Assembly: GCA_963658625.1 (NCBI GenBank)
Contig: CAVKRC010000003.1
Coordinates: 24,352 to 88,351 of the forward strand
Direction of reading: 5' to 3'
DNA length: 64,000 nucleotides
Source of the DNA: a bacterium
GTDB lineage: Bacteria; Bacteroidota; Bacteroidia; Bacteroidales; Rikenellaceae
A program made the translations under genes and the position numbers. The notes beneath the pieces are model-generated. The model was not told the origin of the DNA. It did no database searches and worked only from the letters and a program-made list of their open reading frames with translations. This document shows, piece by piece, positions 29,674-37,660 of this stretch (position 1 is the stretch's first letter; every line of letters begins with the position of its first letter).

Positions 29674-30876
29674 CTATTTCACCAAATTGTAAGTGTCCGT
29701 AGCAATCACCAACTCCTCGTCCGTCGCAATAACCGCCACCTTCACGCGCGACGCCTCGTCCGAGATAATCGCATTCGTGCCGTGAATGGTCTTGTTGAGA
29801 GCCTTATTGATGTATATACCCATAAAGCCCATATTCGAGCATACGCTTTCGCGCATCTCTGCCGAGTTTTCGCCTACACCGCCCGTGAAGACTATCAAAT
29901 CGACACCGCCCATCAGAGCCGCATACTTGCCCACATACTGCTTTATGCGCGAGTAGTACATATCGCGTGCCAGAATCGCCCGCTCGTTGCCCGCTTCGTA
30001 TGCCGCATCAATGTCGCGCATATCGCTCGAAATGCCCGATACACCCTGCACGCCCGACTTTTTGTTAATCATCGTATTGATGTCCGCAAGCGACATTCCC
30101 TCTTTCTCGGCTATGTAGAGCAATACGCTCGGATCGACGTCGCCGCAGCGCGTACCCATCACCAAACCATCTACGGGCGAAAATCCCATCGACGTACATA
30201 CCGACTTGCCGTTCAACACAGCCGTAATCGAACCGCCGTTTCCGACGTGGCAGGTGATGATTTTCGAGTTGTCGATGTCCAACCCCGCCAACTGCGCGCC
30301 CACGCGCGAAACGAACTTGTGGCTCGATCCGTGGAAACCGTAACGGCGCACGCGGTACTTCTCGTAATACTCGTAAGGCAACGCATATATGTAATTCTCG
30401 GCAGGAATCGTCTGATGGAACGAGGTGTCGAACACGGCAACCTGTCTGATGTTCGGCAATACGGCATCTATCGAATTGACACCCTCCAAATTGGCAGGAT
30501 TATGCAACGGCGCGACATCGAACAGCGAACGCACCTTCTCCTTCACCTCGTCGGTTATGATGCACGAATCGGAGAACAACTCGCCGCCGTGTACCATACG
30601 ATGCCCGACAGCCTTCAACTCGTCGAGCGAACCTATTACGCCGTGCTCCTTGTCGGTCAAGGCAGCCAATACGAGACGAATACCCGTCGTGTGGTCGGGA
30701 ATCGGCTGATGCAACTTGAACGGCTCCTTGCCCACGGGTTTGTGCGTCAGATCGCCCTCTGCCAAGCCTATGCGCTCCACCAAACCTTTTGCCAACAGCG
30801 TATGCTGTTTGTCGTCTATGTCTATCACCTGATACTTAATCGACGAACTGCCGCAATTCAATACTAAAATTACCAT
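29674..30876 (-). CDS. ackA: Acetate kinase
   Basis: NCGSSSIKY, GHRMVHGG, APLHNP, FDTSFH, RRYGFHG, GTRCGD, TGGVGEN, TDEE. Confidence 0.96.
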   Translation of the reverse strand: MVILVLNCGSSSIKYQVIDIDDKQHTLLAKGLVERIGLAEGDLTHKPVGKEPFKLHQPIPDHTTGIRLVLAALTDKEHGVIGSLDELKAVGHRMVHGGELFSDSCIITDEVKEKVRSLFDVAPLHNPANLEGVNSIDAVLPNIRQVAVFDTSFHQTIPAENYIYALPYEYYEKYRVRRYGFHGSSHKFVSRVGAQLAGLDIDNSKIITCHVGNGGSITAVLNGKSVCTSMGFSPVDGLVMGTRCGDVDPSVLLYIAEKEGMSLADINTMINKKSGVQGVSGISSDMRDIDAAYEAGNERAILARDMYYSRIKQYVGKYAALMGGVDLIVFTGGVGENSAEMRESVCSNMGFMGIYINKALNKTIHGTNAIISDEASRVKVAVIATDEELVIATDTYNLVK

Positions 30877-31074
30877 GATATGTGTTATGTTTTTTGTTTG
30901 TGATTTTCACGGATTCAACCCGAATGCAAATATACATACAAATTACCGATTTCCGTCCCTTCCCGCATATTATTTCCTGCCGATTTATTCCCCGCGAGTT
31001 GCACAATACCAACGCCCCGCACGCCCTACGTTACCCCCCCCTTATTCTACCCTATAAACCCTATATCCCATATC

Positions 31075-31110
31075 AAAAAGCAGCAGCAGGCTTAATGCCT
31101 GCCGCCGCTT
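31075..31110 (-). terminator. Terminator downstream of thrS-infC
   Basis: Minus strand AAGCGGCGGCAGGC-loop-GCCTGCTGCTGCTTTTT. Confidence 0.75.
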
Positions 31111-31134
31111 ATCCCTACTGCACCGAAATCTGCT

Positions 31135-31225
31135 TTTTAAGCCGGCAGTTGCAACGCTATTGCAAAAAGCCCGACAAGAATTTCCTTCCTGCCGGACAAA
31201 AACAGTACTACCCGCAATCCTAAAA
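31135..31225 (+). repeat. Degenerate copy (A) of the ~107-bp hairpin element
   Basis: 5' half TTTTAAGCCGGCAGTTGCAACGCTATTGCAAAAAGCCCGACAAG matches copy C at 36543; 3' half has decayed. Confidence 0.6.
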
Positions 31226-31230
31226 TTTGC

Positions 31231-31336
31231 TTTTAAGGAGGAGTTTACAACGCTCTCGTTATCGACGCGGAAGGAGCATACTCATGTATGTGACTTTCGC
31301 GGAGGGAACGAACAAGGAAGTAAACGCCCCTTAAAA
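31231..31336 (+). repeat. ~107-bp nested hairpin element, copy B
   Basis: TTTTAAGG...CAACGCT...GGAGCATAC-tcat-GTATGTGAC...AAGGAAG...GCCCCTTAAAA. Confidence 0.85.
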
Positions 31337-31342
31337 CAAATT

Positions 31343-31942
31343 TTACTTTTTGGGTTTGGGGGCAAGTATCATATTCATCTTCTTCCCCTCCAACGTCGGC
31401 ATCACCTCAACTTTTGCAACGGACTCCAAGTCGGTCGCAAAACGAAGCAGGAGAATCTCGCCCTGCTCCTTGAAGACAATGCTTCGACCGCGGAAAAAGA
31501 CATACGCCTTGACCTTTGCGCCCTCCTTGATGAAATTCTCGGCATGACGCAACTTGAAGTTGTAGTCGTGGTCGTCGGTCTGCGGACCGAAACGTATCTC
31601 CTTGATTACCACCTTCGTCTGCTTTGCCTTTATCTCCTTCTGCTTCTTTTTCTGCTGATAGAGGAATTTCTGATAATCGACAATGCGACATACGGGCGGC
31701 TCGGCGTTAGGCGAAATCTCTACCAAATCGAGCTCCATCTCATCTGCCATTGCAAGAGCCTTCGCAGTAGGAATCACGAGATTCGGTTCGACATTGTCGC
31801 CGACCACGCGCACCATCGGCACGGTAATCTCGTCGTTTATCCTGTTCGGATTCTCTTTTACGGGACGACGTCCGCGATTCTGTAAATTGTTGTTTGTCTT
31901 TTGTACCTGCGGACGAGGTGGAAACGGTTTTAATCCTGCCAT
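31343..31942 (-). CDS. infC: Translation initiation factor IF-3
   Basis: [36 protein letters not shown]. Confidence 0.96.
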   Translation of the reverse strand: MAGLKPFPPRPQVQKTNNNLQNRGRRPVKENPNRINDEITVPMVRVVGDNVEPNLVIPTAKALAMADEMELDLVEISPNAEPPVCRIVDYQKFLYQQKKKQKEIKAKQTKVVIKEIRFGPQTDDHDYNFKLRHAENFIKEGAKVKAYVFFRGRSIVFKEQGEILLLRFATDLESVAKVEVMPTLEGKKMNMILAPKPKK

Positions 31943-31965
31943 TTACTAAATCTATGAGTTTTACG

Positions 31966-33912
31966 TTATTGCATATATTCCGCGCCGATTTCGTTCTCCA
32001 CGAGCGAACGCATATAGTCGCAGTAGGCATCGAGCGTCATCGAGCCCTTGTCGCCCTCGCCCTGCGCGCGGACGGATACGGTGTGCTCCGCCTCCTCCTT
32101 CTCGCCCACGATGAGCAGATAAGGAATGCGTTTGAGTTCGTTGTCGCGAATCTTGCGACCGATTTTCTCGTTGCGGTCGTCGATTTGCGCACGCACATCG
32201 TGCTTGTTAAGGTACTTGACCACCTCCTCGGCATAATCGTTGAACTTCTCCGAAATCGGGAGTACGACTGCCTGATCAGGCGCAAGCCACAACGGGAATT
32301 TGCCCGCCGTGTGCTCCAACAGCACAGCCACGAAACGCTCCATCGAGCCGAACGGCGCACGGTGAATCATAATCGGACGGTGGAGTTTGTCGTCGGCACC
32401 CTTGTAGGTCAAATCGAAACGCTCCGGCAGATTGTAGTCCACCTGAATCGTACCCAACTGCCAACTGCGTCCGATTGCGTCCTTGACCATAAAGTCGAGT
32501 TTCGGACCGTAGAATGCAGCCTCGCCATACTCGACGACGGTGTTCAACCCCTTGTCCTTGGCAGCCTTGATGATAGCCTGCTCCGCCTTCTCCCAATTCT
32601 CGTCCGAGCCGATATATTTCGAACGGTCGTTCTTGTCGCGCAACGAGATTTGGGCAGTATATTTGTCGAATTTCAGCGTCTTGAATATGTAGAGTACGAT
32701 GTCGATGACCTTCTCGAACTCTTCGAGCAACTGGTCGGGACGCACGAACATGTGCGCATCGTCCTGCGTGAAGGCGCGCACGCGCGTAAGTCCGTGCAAC
32801 TCACCCGATTGCTCGTAACGGCATACGGTGCCGAACTCCGCCAGACGGACCGGCAGGTCTTTGTACGAGTGCGGTTTGCTGCGGTAAATTTCGCAGTGGT
32901 GCGGGCAGTTCATCGGTTTGAGCAGATACTCCTCACCCTCGAACGGCGTGTGAATCGGCTGGAACGAATCCTTGCCGTACTTTGCATAGTGTCCCGAGGT
33001 AACGTACAGATCTTTGTTGCCTATCGGCGGCGTGATGACCTGCTTGTAACCGTAATCCTTCTGAATCTTGCGCAGGAAACGCTCCAAGCGGTCGCGCAAC
33101 TCGGCACCCTTCGGCAACCACAACGGCAGACCCGCGCCCACGCGCTGCGAGAATGTGAAGAGTTCCAACTCCTTGCCCAACTTGCGGTGGTCGCGCTTTT
33201 TCGCCTCTTCCAACATGGCGAGATACTCGTCCAACATCGACTTTTTAGGGAACGAGATGCCGTAGATGCGCGTCAGCATCTTGTTGTGCTCGTCGCCGCG
33301 CCAGTATGCACCGGCTACCGATGTCAGTTTTATCGCTTTTATAAGTCCCGTATTAGGGATATGCGGACCGCGGCAAAGGTCGGTGAACGCGCCGTTCGTG
33401 TAGAACGAAATCGTGCCGTCCTCCAAATCGCGGATAAGTTCGCATTTGTACTCGTCGCCCTTCTCGGTAAATGTTTTCAACGCCTCCTCCTTCGAAACCT
33501 CGGTGCGTACCATCGGCTCCTTGTTGCGGGCGAGTTCCACCATCTTCGCCTCGATTTTCGGAAGATCCGATTCCAAAATCGGCACAGGCGAATCGACATC
33601 GTAATAGAATCCCTGCTCGATTGCAGGACCGATGCCGAACTTGATTCCCGGGTAGAGTGCTTCCAAAGCCTCTGCCAACAGGTGCGACGACGTATGCCAG
33701 AAAGCGTGCTTGCCCTCGGCATCGTCCCATTTGTAGAATTTAATCGAGGCATCTTCCTCGATAGGGCGCATCAGATCGACCGTTGCGCCATTGACCGCAG
33801 CCGCCAACGAGTCCGCAGCTAAACGAGGGCTGATACTCTCGGCAACCTGAAAGGCGGTTGTTCCCTTTGCGTACTCGCGAACCGAGCCGTCGGGAAACGT
33901 AATTTTAATCAT
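31966..33912 (-). CDS. thrS: Threonine--tRNA ligase
   Basis: Start [10 protein letters not shown] (33912); [44 protein letters not shown]. Confidence 0.97.
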   Translation of the reverse strand: MIKITFPDGSVREYAKGTTAFQVAESISPRLAADSLAAAVNGATVDLMRPIEEDASIKFYKWDDAEGKHAFWHTSSHLLAEALEALYPGIKFGIGPAIEQGFYYDVDSPVPILESDLPKIEAKMVELARNKEPMVRTEVSKEEALKTFTEKGDEYKCELIRDLEDGTISFYTNGAFTDLCRGPHIPNTGLIKAIKLTSVAGAYWRGDEHNKMLTRIYGISFPKKSMLDEYLAMLEEAKKRDHRKLGKELELFTFSQRVGAGLPLWLPKGAELRDRLERFLRKIQKDYGYKQVITPPIGNKDLYVTSGHYAKYGKDSFQPIHTPFEGEEYLLKPMNCPHHCEIYRSKPHSYKDLPVRLAEFGTVCRYEQSGELHGLTRVRAFTQDDAHMFVRPDQLLEEFEKVIDIVLYIFKTLKFDKYTAQISLRDKNDRSKYIGSDENWEKAEQAIIKAAKDKGLNTVVEYGEAAFYGPKLDFMVKDAIGRSWQLGTIQVDYNLPERFDLTYKGADDKLHRPIMIHRAPFGSMERFVAVLLEHTAGKFPLWLAPDQAVVLPISEKFNDYAEEVVKYLNKHDVRAQIDDRNEKIGRKIRDNELKRIPYLLIVGEKEEAEHTVSVRAQGEGDKGSMTLDAYCDYMRSLVENEIGAEYMQ

Positions 33913-34150
33913 AACTTTTTTAATTTTGTTTTTAACTATTTTTTGCACCTTCGAGGCTCCACAATAACGAGACGGATTACCTCTCAGTTGCGCATTTTTT
34001 CTTAATCTCTCCTTTGCCCGTTTTATGTCGGGTCTTCGGACTTTTTACCCTTTGCCGATTTTCGTTTTGTTTCCTTTTCTTTCCTTTTTATCGGTTTTTT
34101 CTTTCCTTTTGCCCGTTTTCGGCTTTCGTTTCCTTTCCTTTTCTTTCCTT

Positions 34151-35245
34151 TTATTCGTCGGTTTCGGTATCGGGCAGGTCTTTTATCGAAATATCGCGTC
34201 CCTTTTCGCGCTCGAATCTCTGCAACGGATTGCGGCTCCAACGGTCGTATGCCTCGCGATTGCGCACTATGTCGATGGCTTCATAAATCGCGTTGCGCAT
34301 CGACTGCGGATCGGCAACTCCCTTGCCTGCAATATCATACGCCACTCCGTGGTCGGGCGAGGTACGCACCTTTGAAAGCCCTGCCGTAAAGTTCACTCCG
34401 TCAGGCGATAAGGTTTTGAAAGGAGCCAACCCCTGATCGTGATACATTGCCAAAACAGCATCGTATTTTCTGTATGCGCCGCTTGCAAAAAGCCCGTCCG
34501 CCGCGAGCGGTCCGAATGCCAAAACTCCCGCCTCGCAAGCCCTCAAAACAGCGGGACGAATTATCGTATCTTCCTGTGTACCAAGCAGTCCGCCGTCGCC
34601 TGCATGCGGATTCAGCGCGAGTACGGCTATGCGCGGTTCGACTACGCCGAAATCGCGTTTCAGAGTGAGCCTCAACGATTTGAGTGCCTCGGCGATTTTC
34701 TCTTCGGAGAGCGACGAGGCGACCTTCTCGACAGGGATATGCACCGTCATCAACGCCACGCGCAGCAACTCGCTGCACATCATCATCATAGGCTCGCCGC
34801 CGAGTACCGATGCGAAGTATTCGGTATGCCCCGTGAAGCCGAAGCCCGCCTTCTGCATCGCCTCTTTGTTTATCGGTGCGGTAACTACCGCATCTATCTC
34901 ACCATCACGCAAATCCGCCGATGCACGCTCCAATGCGGCGATTGCTGCCGCCGCACCTTCTACGCTCTCGTGTCCCATATCCACACGAGTGTCGGCATTG
35001 CCGCACTCAATGAGATTGACCCGTCCGCGCTTGGCTTCGGCAGCCGTTGCGCAAACGTTAAATTGCACTGGCTCAATATCATGCAGGCGCGAAGCATAGA
35101 AATCCGCAATATGTTTGGTTCCGTAAATTACGGGGGTGCAAATCTCGGTCATCGCCGTATCGGAAAAGGTTTTGAGGATTACTTCCCAACCCACACCGTT
35201 CGCATCGCCCTGCGTAATACCTATTTTCAATTTATTCTCCGACAT
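34151..35245 (-). CDS. pdxA: 4-hydroxythreonine-4-phosphate dehydrogenase
   Basis: GITQGDANGVGWE, TAPINK, GHTEY, LNPHAGDGG, AMYHDQG, RTSPDHG. Confidence 0.93.
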   Translation of the reverse strand: MSENKLKIGITQGDANGVGWEVILKTFSDTAMTEICTPVIYGTKHIADFYASRLHDIEPVQFNVCATAAEAKRGRVNLIECGNADTRVDMGHESVEGAAAAIAALERASADLRDGEIDAVVTAPINKEAMQKAGFGFTGHTEYFASVLGGEPMMMMCSELLRVALMTVHIPVEKVASSLSEEKIAEALKSLRLTLKRDFGVVEPRIAVLALNPHAGDGGLLGTQEDTIIRPAVLRACEAGVLAFGPLAADGLFASGAYRKYDAVLAMYHDQGLAPFKTLSPDGVNFTAGLSKVRTSPDHGVAYDIAGKGVADPQSMRNAIYEAIDIVRNREAYDRWSRNPLQRFEREKGRDISIKDLPDTETDE

Positions 35246-35329
35246 AAAACTCTGTTTCAGAGTACAAATATAGGTATCTTTTGCGATAGTTGGTGCGGGC
35301 AGGAACGATTTTTATGAAAGATATTGGCG

Positions 35330-36196
35330 TTAATCCCGATTGATATATTTGAGATAATAATTATTGAGATGCTCTATCAATGTAGTATAATGTTTATTTA
35401 CATTTTCGTTATCCGACAATATATTGAATTTCTGGTTCTCATACATAGTTTCCGGATTCTCAAAATCTTCTCTGCTTAAATCGAAATTAAAACTCTTATG
35501 CAACAGTTTGCCTATGCGCCAAAGATAGGCATCGAACTCATCATACGATTCTATACCTAATGCCGATTTGACAGCATTTAGTTCTTTAATAAATTCAGGC
35601 ATTGAAAGATTGTTGCCGTACACCCATTTATATTTCGCTTTTTTCAATTTACCCGTGCTAAATGGCATACTATCGATATTCCACAAAACCTCTTTTGCCA
35701 AAGAATCAAATATCGGGAAGCCGATATTATGTTCACGGTCTTTGCATGTAAGGGTATGATAATAAAAGTATTTGCTTAAAAGCGAGATTGCTTTCGAACC
35801 ATCGTTTTTATTTTTCCGCACTCCATATTGATGTTTGAAAATATCATTCAATTTATCATCTCCGCCATCGGATTTTGTATAGGCTCGTAATTTGTCAAAC
35901 AATACGGTTGCATTGTAATCGGCGTATCCGAGTATTGCGGTTGCTATTTCCGGAATTGCATAGTAGTTGTTTTTGTTAATGTTCGTGGAATACATACTGT
36001 CGATAACGGTCAAACGCAGAATCAATCCATCCTTGTTGAATTCGGTTTTATCGAACAAATTAAGGATTGCGTTCTTGTTCTGCGAATACCAGCAATCGTA
36101 GTTGCCCGCCTTCTTAATTTTGGCAAAGAAAGAGACAATCTCATCAATCGTTTTTTTAACGTCATTCTTGAAGTCATTGAGTTGTTTGGGTTCCAT
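35330..36196 (-). CDS. AT-rich hypothetical protein, possibly HhH-GPD-like nucleic-acid glycosylase fold
   Basis: 288-aa ORF, much lower GC than its neighbours; motifs DSMYSTN, SLLSKY, FPIFDS, FDAYLW. Confidence 0.7.
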   Translation of the reverse strand: MEPKQLNDFKNDVKKTIDEIVSFFAKIKKAGNYDCWYSQNKNAILNLFDKTEFNKDGLILRLTVIDSMYSTNINKNNYYAIPEIATAILGYADYNATVLFDKLRAYTKSDGGDDKLNDIFKHQYGVRKNKNDGSKAISLLSKYFYYHTLTCKDREHNIGFPIFDSLAKEVLWNIDSMPFSTGKLKKAKYKWVYGNNLSMPEFIKELNAVKSALGIESYDEFDAYLWRIGKLLHKSFNFDLSREDFENPETMYENQKFNILSDNENVNKHYTTLIEHLNNYYLKYINRD

Positions 36197-36542
36197 ATAA
36201 TTATAAGTTTTAATTGTAAGTTGCTTGTTGATTCCACGGAGACAAAAGTTGGGGGGTCATCTGTTTATCAACCGTTTAACAAAGATAGGATTTTTTACAA
36301 GAAAATGCAAAATATGGCAGTAGAAATATAATAGGAGTACACGAGGAACTGGTATCGGGCTTTTGTTCGGTGCGGTTTTTATAGGGGTTATAGGGTAGAT
36401 AGGAGAACTAGGAGTTCTAAGAATCGACTGCACAAAGGTAGATGCCAACTCACGCTTCGCGTGTGGCATGACGCAATTTTTACGCGGCGTCGCTATGCGC
36501 GACTTGCGATGCGACATACATATCAGCAATAAAAAATCTGCC

Positions 36543-36650
36543 TTTTAAGGTGGCAGATGCAACGCTATTGCAGAAAGTCCGGCAGGAGCATACTTGCGTA
36601 TGTGACTGTCGGACTTTGTGCATACTAAGGAGGCAGATGCCCCCTTAAAC
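36543..36650 (+). repeat. ~107-bp nested hairpin element, copy C
   Basis: TTTTAAGG...GCAACGCT..TGCAGAAAGTCCGGCAG-GAGCATAC-ttgc-GTATGTGA-CTGTCGGACTTTGTGCA...AAGGAGG...CCCCTTAAA. Confidence 0.85.
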
Positions 36651-36668
36651 TAAACCCGACAAGATACC

Positions 36669-36791
36669 GCGATTGGTTTTAAGGTGGTGGTTGCAACGCT
36701 CTTGCGGTCGCGGCGAAGGGAGTATACTTTCGTATATGACCTTCGCAGCGGACGCATACGAAGGAAGCAAACGCCCCTTAAAACCAATCGC
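36669..36791 (+). repeat. ~107-bp nested hairpin element, copy D, with extended 16-bp closing stem
   Basis: GCGATTGGTTTTAAGG...GAGTATAC-tttc-GTATATGAC...CCTTAAAACCAATCGC. Confidence 0.88.
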
Positions 36792-36794
36792 AAC

Positions 36795-36822
36795 AAAAAA
36801 GGCGTCTGCCAAAGCAGACGCC
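36795..36822 (-). terminator. Terminator of efp
   Basis: A6 followed by GGCGTCTGC-caaa-GCAGACGCC. Confidence 0.85.
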
Positions 36823-36846
36823 GTATCGCAAATCGCCGAGACGGTT

Positions 36847-37419
36847 TTACTTGATGCGCTCGTAATAAGCACGAGTACGAGTATCCACGCGAATCTTGTC
36901 GCCCGTGTTGATGAACAAAGGCACTTTGATGGTTGCGCCAGTATTGACGGTGGCAGGTTTGAGCGAGTTGGTGGAAGCCGTATCGCCCTTGATGCCCGGC
37001 TCGGTATAGGTTACCTCCATATCGACAATCGGCGGAAGTTCGGCGGAAAGGACTGCGTCGTTGTCGGTGCGGTACATAACCTCGACAATCTGACCGTCTG
37101 CCATAAGGTCGTAATTCTCGATGAGGTTTTTGTCGATGTTAATCTCCTCGAAGGTCTCGCAGTGCATAAAGTGGGCACCGAGGTCGTCCTCGTAGGTGAA
37201 TTGGTATGGGCGACGCTCGACGCGCACCTGCTCGATTTTCTGGCTTACGGACGAGAAGGTGTTTTCGAGAACGCGACCGTTTTCGAGATTTTTGAGTTTC
37301 GAACGAACGAATGCGGGACCCTTGCCCGGCTTGCAGTGCTGGAAATCGACTACAAGAAACGTTTTGCCGTCCATTTCGATGCACATGCCGATTTTGATGT
37401 CGGCGGCTGTAATTGTCAT
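36847..37419 (-). CDS. efp: Elongation factor P
   Basis: Start MTITAADIK (37419); KPGKGPAFVR, TEPGIKGDT, KPAT, VPLFIN. Confidence 0.96.
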   Translation of the reverse strand: MTITAADIKIGMCIEMDGKTFLVVDFQHCKPGKGPAFVRSKLKNLENGRVLENTFSSVSQKIEQVRVERRPYQFTYEDDLGAHFMHCETFEEINIDKNLIENYDLMADGQIVEVMYRTDNDAVLSAELPPIVDMEVTYTEPGIKGDTASTNSLKPATVNTGATIKVPLFINTGDKIRVDTRTRAYYERIK

Positions 37420-37595
37420 AATATTGAGTATTTTAATAGTTTCCGACGCAAAAATATAAAAATCTGCGAAAACGGCAAAAAAATAGTGGCTAGTGAATTT
37501 CGGGTATGACGGTTTTCTTATCAAGTGCCAACGATTCTAAGAGATCTATGAGAACTAAGAGTTCTATGAGGCAGGAGACAACCAAAACCTCAAAC

Positions 37596-37626
37596 AAAAA
37601 AGTCCCCTTTACAAAAAGGGGGCTTT
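37596..37626 (-). terminator. Terminator of the beta-barrel receptor gene
   Basis: A-run plus AAGTCCCCTTT / AAAGGGGGCTT hairpin. Confidence 0.7.
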
Positions 37627-37660
37627 AACACAGCATCTGCCACGCAGCGGCTAACAACCG

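Noticed and set aside
33913..34000. tRNA-mimic operator or T-box upstream of thrS
   Set aside because: Only weak pairing, with no recognisable T-box sequence or convincing anticodon-like loop
34023..34241. Lys/Arg-rich 72-aa ORF and Phe-rich opposite-strand ORFs
   Set aside because: Artefacts of the low-complexity pyrimidine tract; they overlap the pdxA 3' end
36586..36606. Kink-turn in the repeat core
   Set aside because: Tandem G.A pairs are present but the 3-nt bulge required for a standard k-turn is absent
36543..36791. Hairpin repeats as a CRISPR array, tRNA or short coding sequences
   Set aside because: Units are ~107 bp with no identical repeat/unique spacer pattern, no cas genes and no cloverleaf or T-loop; reading frames through them are not conserved between copies
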